This document shows, piece after piece, positions 26,875 through 36,122 of a DNA stretch of 64,000 nt. A program made the translations under genes and the position numbers. Under the pieces are notes generated by a model. The model was given only the letters and a program-made list of their open reading frames with translations, did not search any database and was not told the DNA's origin. Where the stretch lies: NCBI GenBank assembly GCA_031272035.1, contig JAISUO010000034.1:790-64789 (forward strand), read 5' to 3'. The stretch comes from Synergistaceae bacterium. Lineage in GTDB: Bacteria; Synergistota; Synergistia; Synergistales; Aminobacteriaceae. Position 1 is the first letter of the stretch, and every line of letters begins with the position of its first letter.

Positions 26875-27303
26875 TTTTCATCCTCTGCAGTCTGGAGTTT
26901 TGTGTCTTAGAGAGCTCTCTGTCTTCGCCGCGACGAATCTACTATCTCACATCCGATATATTTTTACCTCCGAAAAACAAAGTATTTTTATTAAAAAAAT
27001 ATGAAAAATATAGTTATAAAAAGATTTTTCTTGTATATATCGTATTTATTCGTTTATTAGTAAAAATTTAAAATAATAATTAACATGGATATTAGTCAGA
27101 GATTGGATTGTATAGAAAAAAATTGATTTGCCGACAGATATAATAATAAGCAGAAAAAGACGAGGAATAATGTTTCTCAGGTCATATTGTTTGACATGCA
27201 ATACATAATGAAATATGATTTACCTGTACGAAGGGACGGAGCGTTCGAAACGTCCCCTCGGGAATATGAAGTCGAAAATAGTCGATAATCAGGAGGTATT
27301 ACT

Positions 27304-27924
27304 GTGGATTGTTGTAACAGCAGGGCGCGTATAGGACAGGCCGCTCCGGAATTTTCCGCGGAAGGTTTTTCAGCGGTGGAGGACGGTTTTCACCATTACG
27401 CGCTCTCCGAATGCAAAGGGAAGTGGGTTTTGCTCTTTTTCTATCCGGGGGACTTTACATATGTATGTCCAACCGAACTTCAATCCCTGGCGGAGTATAA
27501 AAAGGATTTCGAGGAACTTGGAGTGCAGGTTTTTCTCATAAGCACGGACAGTCGTTATTCTCACAAGCAGTGGAATCAGTACGAACTGTCGAAGATGATC
27601 GACGGAGGAATGCCCTACGCGATGCTGCCCGACCAGACGGGCGCCCTTGGCAGGCCTTATGATTTCTACGATGAAAGCGCGGGCGTGGACCTTCGAGGGA
27701 CGGTGGTCATCGATCCCGACGGAGTCGTTCAGCTCATTTACGCCAACGCTCCCGCCATCGGACGTCATCCCGGAGAGATCGTGCGCTGCATTCGCGCACT
27801 CAGGGAATACCGCGACAACGGCAATGTAGTTCCCGCCTGCTGGATTCCGGGGCTGGAAACCATCGATCCCTCCTATGAAAATTCGGGAAGAGTCTGGGAG
27901 ACGTACAAATCGAAGAAAAAGTAA
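27304..27924 (+). CDS. Peroxiredoxin (AhpC/Prx1-type 2-Cys)
   Basis: Peroxidatic motif FTYVCPTE and resolving-Cys region VVPACW. GTG start 8 nt after AGGAGG. Confidence 0.9.
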   Translation: MDCCNSRARIGQAAPEFSAEGFSAVEDGFHHYALSECKGKWVLLFFYPGDFTYVCPTELQSLAEYKKDFEELGVQVFLISTDSRYSHKQWNQYELSKMIDGGMPYAMLPDQTGALGRPYDFYDESAGVDLRGTVVIDPDGVVQLIYANAPAIGRHPGEIVRCIRALREYRDNGNVVPACWIPGLETIDPSYENSGRVWETYKSKKK

Positions 27925-27961
27925 TCTCTTTTTTCAATAAATTAGTCTGATAAACGAAAAA

Positions 27962-28008
27962 CAGATGAAGCTGCGGAGGAAATTTTCTTCTGCGGCTTTA
28001 TCTGTTTT
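27962..28008 (+). terminator. Rho-independent terminator
   Basis: A 20-bp stem (CAGAUGAAGCUGCGGAGGAA / UUCUUCUGCGGCUUUAUCUG, 4 G-U pairs) followed by UUUU. It is weaker on the opposite strand, but flanked there by an A-run and may also stop citF. Confidence 0.65.
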
Positions 28009-28048
28009 GATGACAGCACAATAATTTATAATCGAAAGCAAATTGGTT

Positions 28049-29596
28049 TCATTTCACCTGTCGAATCACGTCGAGGACGCTTCCGTCCCGCCATTCCAGA
28101 ACGGCGACGATGCGTTCCTCTGTCTCCAACGGGTCCATGGGGCCGGAAATACGCAGAGCCTTTTCGATCAGTTCATCCATGGAAACCACAGGAACGTCCC
28201 GCGCTTCCTTTATACACTCCAGAAGGTCCTGACGGCGGGGGTTGATCGTTGCCCCGTACTCCGTGACAAGAACGTCGATCGCTTCCCCCGGAGTGGTGAC
28301 GCAGTGAACGTTTTCCACCACGCAGGGAACACGTCCTCTCGTCAGCGGCTGGGCCACAATGGTCAGGGCGGCGCCCGCAGCCGTGTCCTGATGGCCTCCG
28401 ATGCCGTGCAGAAGCATTCCGTCGCTTTCGGTGTTGACGTTGACGTTGAAATTTCTGTCAATTTCCGTGGCCCCCAGAACGACCACGTCCAGCATATTGA
28501 CTGCCGCTCCGGCGTTCCAGGGGTTGGCATATTCGTCCGCCGAAATTTCACCGTGCCCGGGGTTGCGCGCCAGAGATTCGACGGCCGCCGCGTCGAAGGA
28601 CTGAACGTCCAGCAGGTGCGTCAGCAGCCCTTCTTCCAGCAGATTCACGAAGAAGCCCGTTATGCCGCCCAGTCCGAAACTGCCCCGAATTCCCCTGCGG
28701 AGCATGGCTTCTCTCATGAAGGAGGTGACGGCCAGAGCGGTTCCGCTGGCTCCTGTCTGAAAGGAGATTCCCTCTCTGAAAAGGGGGGAGGTTTCGATAA
28801 CTCCGGCTGCATAGCGGGCGATCATGAGGTGCAGGGGGTCCTTTGTCACGGCAGTGCTGCCTGAAACGATCCCTTTAGGGTCGCCGATGGAGGGAATTTC
28901 CACGACGAAATCCGTATAAACCTGAGAAATGGAGGCGGGGACGAGAAGGCCGGGCAGCAGGTTGTCCGTAACGCCCACGACGCAGTCGGCGTATTCCGCG
29001 TCGGTGCGGGCGTATCCCAGCGGTCCGCAGGCGGATTTCCCCGTTTGTCCCGAAAGATTCCCGAAACGGTCCGCCGCCGGAGCCGCGATAAACGCCACAT
29101 CCACAGGAGCTTCTCCGGACATGATCGCCCGGGGACGTCCGCCGTGGCTTCTCAGAACCACGGGCGCTTCCATGCCCCCTCGGGAGATCATTCGCCCCAG
29201 AGCGCCGTTGACAGACCCCATGATCTTGCGGATCACCCCTGACCGGATGTGGTTCAGAAGGGGTTCGTGGACCGGAAAAAGCGCCGTTGGAAAAAGCGTC
29301 AGGTCCCGGATTCCCATTCGGGCGCAGACCTCCAGCACGGCGTTGATCACGTGATCTCCGTTGCGGAGATGGTGGTGAAAGGAGATCGTCATCCCGCTTT
29401 GCAGACCGGAAGCAGCGACGGCGTCTTCAAGGCTTCGGAGGACCTTTCCGCTTTTCCCTCCGGGACGAAAAATCCGCCCTCTCCGGCGACCGGCGGGCCG
29501 GCGTCCCTCCAGTCCCGTCCAGGGAATGGTCGGACCGTAGCCCTCGATGCAGGCGGGAATTTCCCGTCCCAACGCGTTTCGGGTTTTGGCGCTCAT
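28049..29596 (-). CDS. citF: Citrate lyase alpha subunit (citrate CoA-transferase)
   Basis: 515 aa. Conserved blocks GMTISFHHHLRNGD, LRSHGGR and DVQSFD...SLARNP.H.EISA..YANP. ATGA overlap with citE. Confidence 0.9.
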   Translation of the reverse strand: MSAKTRNALGREIPACIEGYGPTIPWTGLEGRRPAGRRRGRIFRPGGKSGKVLRSLEDAVAASGLQSGMTISFHHHLRNGDHVINAVLEVCARMGIRDLTLFPTALFPVHEPLLNHIRSGVIRKIMGSVNGALGRMISRGGMEAPVVLRSHGGRPRAIMSGEAPVDVAFIAAPAADRFGNLSGQTGKSACGPLGYARTDAEYADCVVGVTDNLLPGLLVPASISQVYTDFVVEIPSIGDPKGIVSGSTAVTKDPLHLMIARYAAGVIETSPLFREGISFQTGASGTALAVTSFMREAMLRRGIRGSFGLGGITGFFVNLLEEGLLTHLLDVQSFDAAAVESLARNPGHGEISADEYANPWNAGAAVNMLDVVVLGATEIDRNFNVNVNTESDGMLLHGIGGHQDTAAGAALTIVAQPLTRGRVPCVVENVHCVTTPGEAIDVLVTEYGATINPRRQDLLECIKEARDVPVVSMDELIEKALRISGPMDPLETEERIVAVLEWRDGSVLDVIRQVK

Positions 29597-30513
29597 GGCC
29601 GTTTTCCCTCCTCTCCGCTCTCCATTCCGTCCTTCATCGGCGTCATCCCCGCCAGGCTCAGAAGGTAACGGGCGCGTTTAATGACGGGGACATCCACCAG
29701 TTTGCCGTCCACCGCCACGGCGCCCTGTCCTTTGCGGGCCGCTTCTTCCGCCGCGCGAAGGATGCGCAGAGAGTTTTCCGTTTCCTGCCGCGTCGGGGTG
29801 TAAACCTCATGAATAATCGGAATTTGTCCGGGGTGCAGGACGTTTTTTCCGTCAAATCCCAACTGTCGGACAAAAGCGGTTTGTTCTCTCAGGCCTTCGA
29901 GGTCGTGAATTCTCGGGTAGGCCGTGTCCAGAACGTCGACGCCGGCGGCCCGCCCCGCCACAAGAGTCATGCGACGAATCCAGTCCAGCTCGCTCTCCCC
30001 GGCAGAGCGGCTCGTCCGGAGATCCGCCGCCAGATCTTCCCCGCCGGGGGTTATGCCCGTGATTCGAGAAGAGGCCGTTGCGATGTCGAAGGCCTTCCAC
30101 ACCGCCTTCGCGCTTTCCAGAAGACAGAAAATCGTAAAATGTCCCGCCTTCAGCCCGTGTTTTTCTTCCAGTTCCGAGAGGGCTTCGTCCAAAAGAGACG
30201 CCATGGCGGCCGATTCCGCCTTGGGCAGGCGTATTCCGTCGACCTGAGGGTTGACTGCCGCCGCGGAGGCCACCGCCTCCAGGTCCTCGCGCCAAAACTC
30301 CGTGTCCATGCCATTGACGCGGACGGAGACTTCGCAACTCCCGAAATCCTGCCAGGAAAGGATTTTTTGCACCAAAATCCGGGCGGCATCCTTTTCTTTT
30401 TGGGGAACAGAATCCTCCAGGTCGAGAATCAGGCCGTCAGGACGGAATAAATGTCCTCGCAGAAGCATGTTCGGGTTGTTGCCGGGAAGGTACATCATCG
30501 TTCGTCTGCGCAT
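29593..30513 (-). CDS. citE: Citrate lyase beta subunit (citryl-CoA lyase, HpcH/CitE family)
   Basis: MRRRTMMYLPGNNPNM...LILDLEDSV is the typical CitE N-terminus. The start is ambiguous between 30513 (AAAGGGG RBS) and 30531. Confidence 0.85.
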   Translation of the reverse strand: MRRRTMMYLPGNNPNMLLRGHLFRPDGLILDLEDSVPQKEKDAARILVQKILSWQDFGSCEVSVRVNGMDTEFWREDLEAVASAAAVNPQVDGIRLPKAESAAMASLLDEALSELEEKHGLKAGHFTIFCLLESAKAVWKAFDIATASSRITGITPGGEDLAADLRTSRSAGESELDWIRRMTLVAGRAAGVDVLDTAYPRIHDLEGLREQTAFVRQLGFDGKNVLHPGQIPIIHEVYTPTRQETENSLRILRAAEEAARKGQGAVAVDGKLVDVPVIKRARYLLSLAGMTPMKDGMESGEEGKRP

Positions 30514-30532
30514 TTCGGGCCCCTTTCGCATC

Positions 30533-30808
30533 TCATTCCGTTTCCTCTTCTTCCGGCCCGGACAGGCGTGCACAGGCCGTTTCGGCCCGGGCGGCCACCA
30601 CCACATCCCAGGCTCCATGATCCTGCACATGAACGATTGCGTCGGTGAGGCCGAAATCCGTTAAAACCTGTCTCACGGTCCGGTCGATGGCGCTTTGAAA
30701 CCGGCCGCCTCCCGATACGGTGAGAGAAACGCCGCTTCCCGAAGGCGCTTCTTCGACGACGACCATGCAGTCCATGGATTCCAGAGTTCCGGCCGTTGCG
30801 CGTCTCAT
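30533..30808 (-). CDS. citD: Citrate lyase gamma subunit (acyl carrier protein)
   Basis: 91 aa from the internal ATG. It carries the AGTLES motif that holds the prosthetic-group serine. ATGA overlap with the permease stop. Confidence 0.8.
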   Translation of the reverse strand: MRRATAGTLESMDCMVVVEEAPSGSGVSLTVSGGGRFQSAIDRTVRQVLTDFGLTDAIVHVQDHGAWDVVVAARAETACARLSGPEEEETE

Positions 30809-32742
30809 TGCGTTTTCGCGGTCCCTTCCGCTCCCGTTTCGGGCTTCCCGCCGGAGCTGCGTTTTTTCCCCAGCGCGTACAGAAGCCCCAGAACCGCCAG
30901 TCCGGTGACGTCGCTCTTCCATCCGGGGATGATCATGCCCAGGGCCCCCGCCAGGGCGAGGGCTCTTTCCCAAAGGGAGAGTTTGTCGAGCAGATACCCT
31001 TCGATGCCCGCCGACAGAACGAATACGCCGATAATGGCGGTAGCCAGCGCCTGTGCGAAATCAACCCAGTTTCGCACGTTGGGCAGGAGAAGTTCGGGAG
31101 AATAAATGAACACGAACGGGATGATAAAGCCGGACAGCACCATTTTCACCGAAGTGAAGGCCGTCTGGTTGGGGTTCGCTCCGGCGATTCCCGCCGCCGT
31201 GTAGGCCCCGACGCAGACCGGGGGCGTCACCGACGAGAGAACGGCGAAGAAGAACACGAAGAAATGGACGTCCAGAGGTTTGCAGCCGATGATCGTCAGA
31301 GCCGGAGCCGCCACGGCGCTGGCCATGACGTAGCTGGCCGTCGTCGGCATCCCCATGCCCAGGATCAGGGAGATGATCATCGTCACCACAAGGGTCGGCA
31401 TCAGTTTGCCGGCGGTGTAGCTCAGGATGGTGTCGCCGATGCGGAGGGCGATGCCGGTGGCTCCCATCATTCCAATGACGACTCCCACAAGGGTGCAGGC
31501 CACCGCCACGGAGAGCGCCGATTTCGAGCCCTCCTCCAGGGTGGAAATAAAGCTCCTCAGGTTCAGTCTGTCCTTTCTGTCGATGAAACTCAGGGCGACA
31601 CAGGTTCCGATTCCCCAACAGGCCGAATAGAGGGGGTTGTATCCCTGCACCAGAAAATAAATGATGACGCAAAGGGGCAGAGCCTTGTAGCCGCTCCGGA
31701 TGAGCACCTCGGAAACTTTGGGCAGAGAGCTTTTATCCAGTCCTTTCAGATTCAGTTTCGAGGCCTGGAGACTGAGACAGCACCATATCCCCCAAAAGTA
31801 GAGCAGGGCCGGAACCACAGACGCCGAGACCACCCGAATGTAGGGAACTCCGATGGAGTCCGCGATGATGAAGGCGGCCGACCCCAGTACGGGGGGCATG
31901 ATCTGACCTCCGGTGGAGGCCGCCGCCTCCACGGCTCCGGCGTAGAACGAGGGATAACCGATTTTTTTCATGAGCGGGATCGTAAAAGCGCCTGTGGTCG
32001 CCACGTTTGCCGAAGTGCTGCCGCTTATGGTTCCCATCAGAGCGCTGGAAATCACGGCGATTTTGGCCGGGCCGCCTTTTTTGTGGCCGGTGAGAGCCAT
32101 GGAAATGTCGTTGAAGAAACTTGAAGTTCCCGTGGAGCTCAGGAACGACCCGAACAGGATGAAAAGATAGATGTAGGTGGCTGAAACACCCGCCACCAGC
32201 CCAAACAGCCCGTCCGTGGTCAGGTACAGCTCCTCAATGATGCGGGGCACGGAGAGCCCGAAATGCCGGAACAGCGTTGGCATGGAGCGTCCATAATAGG
32301 CAAAAAACAGGAAGAACGCGCAGAAGATCGGCAGCGGGTAACCCAGAACGCGCCGCGCCGCCTCGAACACGAGCAGTATCATCAGCGCCCCCAGGTAGAG
32401 CTCCAGTGTTGTGTAGGTTCCCGAGCGCCGGGCTATTTCCTCGTACATGATGAAAACGTACAGGGTGGAGGCCGCCGCCGCTATGGCGAGCACCCAGTCC
32501 AGGACGGTCGGTTTGTCGAAGGGCGAGCGTTTTGTGGCCGGGTAGAGCAGAAAAATCAGAAACAGAACCAGCGCGATGTGAAAACTTCTCTGCTGCATTG
32601 CGGGCAGAAGTCCGAAGGCCGAAGTGTACAAATGGAAAACAGCCAGGATGACGGTGACGACAGTTATTAAAATCCCCAGTTTCCCTCCGGGGTTTCGTCG
32701 TTTGCCACGTTTTGCGGGGGCCTGTGCCTCCGTTGCGGACAT
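30805..32742 (-). CDS. TRAP transporter, fused permease (TAXI-type)
   Basis: About 645 aa with many TM segments and DctM-like blocks. The ATG at 32742 follows GGGAGGAG; the track ORF extends to 32781. Confidence 0.85.
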   Translation of the reverse strand: MSATEAQAPAKRGKRRNPGGKLGILITVVTVILAVFHLYTSAFGLLPAMQQRSFHIALVLFLIFLLYPATKRSPFDKPTVLDWVLAIAAAASTLYVFIMYEEIARRSGTYTTLELYLGALMILLVFEAARRVLGYPLPIFCAFFLFFAYYGRSMPTLFRHFGLSVPRIIEELYLTTDGLFGLVAGVSATYIYLFILFGSFLSSTGTSSFFNDISMALTGHKKGGPAKIAVISSALMGTISGSTSANVATTGAFTIPLMKKIGYPSFYAGAVEAAASTGGQIMPPVLGSAAFIIADSIGVPYIRVVSASVVPALLYFWGIWCCLSLQASKLNLKGLDKSSLPKVSEVLIRSGYKALPLCVIIYFLVQGYNPLYSACWGIGTCVALSFIDRKDRLNLRSFISTLEEGSKSALSVAVACTLVGVVIGMMGATGIALRIGDTILSYTAGKLMPTLVVTMIISLILGMGMPTTASYVMASAVAAPALTIIGCKPLDVHFFVFFFAVLSSVTPPVCVGAYTAAGIAGANPNQTAFTSVKMVLSGFIIPFVFIYSPELLLPNVRNWVDFAQALATAIIGVFVLSAGIEGYLLDKLSLWERALALAGALGMIIPGWKSDVTGLAVLGLLYALGKKRSSGGKPETGAEGTAKTQ

Positions 32743-32886
32743 TGCCTCATCTCCTCCCTGAAGTTCGCCGGAAGGCCGCATGTGAGCCTCCCGACGATTT
32801 TAAAAGTGTAATGAACGTAAAGAGAAATGAATGTAATGAGAAGATCGAAAAATCCCCGATGATTTTTATTCGATTTTATTCTTTTT

Positions 32887-33846
32887 TTATTCTTTGATGA
32901 GTCCCTGTTCCGCGTAATATTTCTTTGCCCCCGGATGCAGCGGGACGGCCATTCCCGAAAGCGCCATCTGCAGGTTGAACCCGGCGAAATAGTTCAGGCG
33001 TTCCGCGAGAAATTTGTTGTTTTCGTGGAGCATTTTCGTGATTTTGTAAATGACCTCATCCGGCATATCGGCGTAGGTCAAAAGCGATCCCACCGCCGCG
33101 GGGACGGGAATGCTCTGGTCATAACCGCTGTACGTTCCGGCGGGAATCTCCGCTTTGGCGTAGTGAGGGAATTTTTGTACCAGTTCATTGAGCTTGTCGT
33201 CTTCAAGCCCGATCAGGCCCACTTTTCCGGATCGGACCATTGAGTCCACCTGGGCGTTGGGGGCGTTTGTGGTCCAGATATGTCCCTGGCTGTCGCCCAC
33301 CGTAAGGGCCTCCTCGACCTCCGCGCGTCCGAACCTCTGAATGTTGACGTCTTTGTCCTCGATGCCGTAAATGGACAGAAATTCGCGGCTGTTGACCTCG
33401 ATACCGCCGCCCACGGGGCCGTAATCCACGCGCTTGCCTTTGAAGTCCGCCAGGCTTTTGATCCCCGCTTCCTTATTGACCAGGATGTGGGCCGGCATGA
33501 GGTAGATTGCGGTAACGTACCTCAGGCTTTTGATGGGTTCAGGGAAGGACTCGTTGCCGCCGTTCCATGCGTCGTTGACCGTGGAGGACTGAACCATCCC
33601 CAGCTCCATCTCCTTCTTACCGAGGTTGATGCAGTTTTTGACGGAGCCTCCGGTGATAGCCGTAAAGTTGATGTCCTTCATCACCTGAGTGCCGAGTTGA
33701 GCGATGGTGCTGCCGATCAGGTAAAAGCCGCCGCCCACGCTGCTCGTCCCGATGCGCACGAAGACGTCCTCCGCCGCCGCCGCGCCGGAAATGGTCAGAA
33801 CCAGCAAAACAGCCAATGCACACGCTCTGAAAGTACCCTTCTTCAT
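32887..33846 (-). CDS. TAXI-family TRAP transporter solute-binding protein
   Basis: Signal peptide MKKGTFRACALAVLLVLTISGAAAA and TAXI-like blocks (IGTSSVGGGFYLIG, NTFAGFNLQ-like C-terminus). The ATG at 33846 follows AAGGAGG. Confidence 0.85.
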   Translation of the reverse strand: MKKGTFRACALAVLLVLTISGAAAAEDVFVRIGTSSVGGGFYLIGSTIAQLGTQVMKDINFTAITGGSVKNCINLGKKEMELGMVQSSTVNDAWNGGNESFPEPIKSLRYVTAIYLMPAHILVNKEAGIKSLADFKGKRVDYGPVGGGIEVNSREFLSIYGIEDKDVNIQRFGRAEVEEALTVGDSQGHIWTTNAPNAQVDSMVRSGKVGLIGLEDDKLNELVQKFPHYAKAEIPAGTYSGYDQSIPVPAAVGSLLTYADMPDEVIYKITKMLHENNKFLAERLNYFAGFNLQMALSGMAVPLHPGAKKYYAEQGLIKE

Positions 33847-33992
33847 TTCTTCCTTCGCCTCCTTATGAAATAAGTCCTGCCGTTTTTGAGAAAGCTGTCC
33901 CTCGACAGCCGAAGTCCGGATCGAAACTGGAGTGAAACCCGGAAGAGCGATACTCATCTAAACTTTTTGTTTTTAATTTCCAGTGTTTAATT

Positions 33993-34883
33993 TCAATTAA
34001 TGAACTCCGGAAGAAACTCTTTTTCCAGATTTCTGAACTGAGGAACGCCGACGACTTCCTTGAACTCGTCGAAGTCCGCCACCAGGTCTTTGCGTCCGGT
34101 GGCCAGGCGTCCGCCCCGGATGGCCTCCAGGTAGTTCTGGATTCCCCGCATGGCGGCGAAGGTGGTGCCCGTGGGGACGCTGACCCGGGCCACGCCCATG
34201 GCGGCGAGCTCATCAAGAGGAATGAGAGGTGTCTTCCCGCCCTCCACCAGGTCGAAGAGGTTGATGCTGATCAGACAGTCGATTTCTTTCGCGGCCCGGG
34301 CGATCTCTTCCCGGCTGCGGGGGGCCTCGACGAAAATCATGTCGGCGCCCGCCTGAGCGTAGGCGTTGGCCCGCCGGATGGCCTCGTCGATTCCCGCCAC
34401 GGCGATGGCGTCGGTTCGGGCGTTGATGATGAAGTCCGCGTCGAGAGCGTCGCGAACTTTTTTGCAGGCTTTGATTTTGAGCACCATTTCTTCGGCGGGA
34501 ACGACGGTTTTGCCCTCAATGTGTCCGCAGCGCTTCGGGAAAACCTGATCTTCGATGTTCATTCCGGCGGCCCCCGCCAGGATGATCTGTTCCGTCACGC
34601 GCATGGCGTTGATGGCGTTGCCGAATCCGGTGTCCGCGTCGGCCATGACGGGGATGTTCACCGATTGGATGATGTTGCCGGTGATATGCATCATTTCGGT
34701 ATACGTCAGAAATGCCATATCCGGAAGGCCCAGCAGCGTGGCCGCTAGGCCGAAACCGCTGACCTGGATGATCTCGAATTGGGCTCTTTCGATGAGTTTC
34801 GCCGATAGAACGTCGTGGCATCCAATAGCGGGTGTTGCCTTTTTTCTGTCGAGAATGGCGCGAAGCTGGGTCGTTTTTTTCAT
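33993..34883 (-). CDS. Isocitrate lyase / PEP mutase superfamily enzyme (2-methylisocitrate-lyase-like)
   Basis: 296 aa. Motifs DADTGFG and the lyase signature KRCGH. First gene of the operon. Confidence 0.8.
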   Translation of the reverse strand: MKKTTQLRAILDRKKATPAIGCHDVLSAKLIERAQFEIIQVSGFGLAATLLGLPDMAFLTYTEMMHITGNIIQSVNIPVMADADTGFGNAINAMRVTEQIILAGAAGMNIEDQVFPKRCGHIEGKTVVPAEEMVLKIKACKKVRDALDADFIINARTDAIAVAGIDEAIRRANAYAQAGADMIFVEAPRSREEIARAAKEIDCLISINLFDLVEGGKTPLIPLDELAAMGVARVSVPTGTTFAAMRGIQNYLEAIRGGRLATGRKDLVADFDEFKEVVGVPQFRNLEKEFLPEFIN

Positions 34884-34929
34884 GTTCTCCGGTCTCCATT
34901 TCCATAATTTGGATATTGATTCTAGAATG

Positions 34930-34938
34930 TGGTATAAT
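34930..34938 (+). promoter_or_regulatory. Extended -10 element (TGgTATAAT) for iclR
   Basis: TGGTATAAT at 34930-34938, 80 nt upstream of the iclR ATG. It is back-to-back with the minus-strand promoter. Confidence 0.4.
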
Positions 34939-34942
34939 ACAA

Positions 34943-34970
34943 ATTATAAGATAAAAATTTTTTCGGTCAA
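34943..34970 (-). promoter_or_regulatory. Sigma70-like promoter for the lyase/TRAP/citDEF operon
   Basis: On the minus strand: TTGACC (34970-34965), 16 nt, TATAAT (34948-34943). Confidence 0.5.
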
Positions 34971-34996
34971 GATAGTTCGATCAGATAATTCGATCA
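34971..34996. repeat. 2 x 13-bp tandem repeat GATA(G/A)TTCGATCA (candidate IclR-type operator)
   Basis: Copies at 34971-34983 and 34984-34996 (12/13 identical). They sit directly upstream of the minus-strand -35 and inside the iclR leader. Confidence 0.6.
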
Positions 34997-35018
34997 AAAT
35001 GTCAGGGAGATTTTTGAA

Positions 35019-35804
35019 ATGAAAATAGCGAGGGAGGACGGCACGTCTTCGCTGAGAAAGGCGATTGGCGTGCTGAAGTGTTTTTCCGAGGAACGCAGGG
35101 AGCTTTCGATGACGGACGTGGCCCATGCTCTGGCCCTGCCTCCCGCCACCGCCGCCAGAATCCTCGGCGCGCTGGTCGAAGAGGGTCTTTTGGAGCGGGA
35201 TGAGCGCAGCAAACGGTATCAGTTGGGCATACAGTGTCTGCGTATGGGAAAGATTGCGAACCTTTCCGGCACATTACGCGTCTGCGCCCGGCCTTTTATG
35301 GAAAAATTGCGGGACCGGTTCGACGAAACGGTCAATTTATACGTAAGGGAAGGTCGGGTTCGGATTTGTTACGCCCAGTGCGAGACCACCTCGACGCTGC
35401 GGCGGTCCATCCCCCTGGGATCGAGGTTTCCCCTTGCGGCCGGGGCGGCGGGGCGCTGCCTTCTGGCCTGGATGCCGCCGGAGTTCATTCGCGAGGTCAT
35501 GGAGGATTTGTCTCCCTTCACTGAAAACACGGTGACGGAGAGAGCGCGTTTTCTGGAGCTTTTGGAGGAGACGAAGCGCAATCTCTTCACGATCAGCCGA
35601 GCGGAGAGAGAAAGGGGCGTCCTTGCCATCGCCTCTCCCGTTTTCGACGCGCCGGGTTCCGTTCGCGCCAGCCTGAGCATTGCGGGGCCGGCCAGCCGCT
35701 TCACGGATGCGATTATCGAAGAAATGATCGTCATGCTGAAGCAGGTCGCCGTCGAATTTTCTGAGCTTCTCTCCAGTGGGAAAAAAGCGGAGGGCGAAAG
35801 GTAA
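35019..35804 (+). CDS. IclR family transcriptional regulator
   Basis: N-terminal HTH (LRKAIGVLKCFSEERRELSMTDVAHALALPPATAARIL) and a C-terminal IclR effector domain. Divergent from the operon. Confidence 0.9.
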   Translation: MKIAREDGTSSLRKAIGVLKCFSEERRELSMTDVAHALALPPATAARILGALVEEGLLERDERSKRYQLGIQCLRMGKIANLSGTLRVCARPFMEKLRDRFDETVNLYVREGRVRICYAQCETTSTLRRSIPLGSRFPLAAGAAGRCLLAWMPPEFIREVMEDLSPFTENTVTERARFLELLEETKRNLFTISRAERERGVLAIASPVFDAPGSVRASLSIAGPASRFTDAIIEEMIVMLKQVAVEFSELLSSGKKAEGER

Positions 35805-36122
35805 AATCCTTTTTCGGCGACCTCGGGGCATATCGAAGACGAACCCGCTGAACACCTGACACACCGGCAGATTTCCGGAAAAGCCCCCCTTCGATTTTCC
35901 ATAAAAATGTGAAAATTATATTTCCATGCAAAATATTCTGTCGTAGAATCCCATTTTTGTTGTAAAATTCATTTCAAAGAGATTTTTGACTCATATTTTC
36001 AATGTTCCGGGACAGCGTTTTTAACTTTGAATTCAGTGAAATTTGTTGACGCAGGTGATGCGATAATGAATATTCCCGCTTTTTGGCATGGGAAATTTTG
36101 GTAATCAAGGGAGATGCAGATA

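Noticed and set aside
18210-34996. CRISPR arrays among the short tandem repeats (18210, 20053, 25617, 34971)
   Set aside because: There are only 2-3 copies of 11-13-bp units, with 0-6-nt gaps. There are no spacers of CRISPR size and no cas genes.
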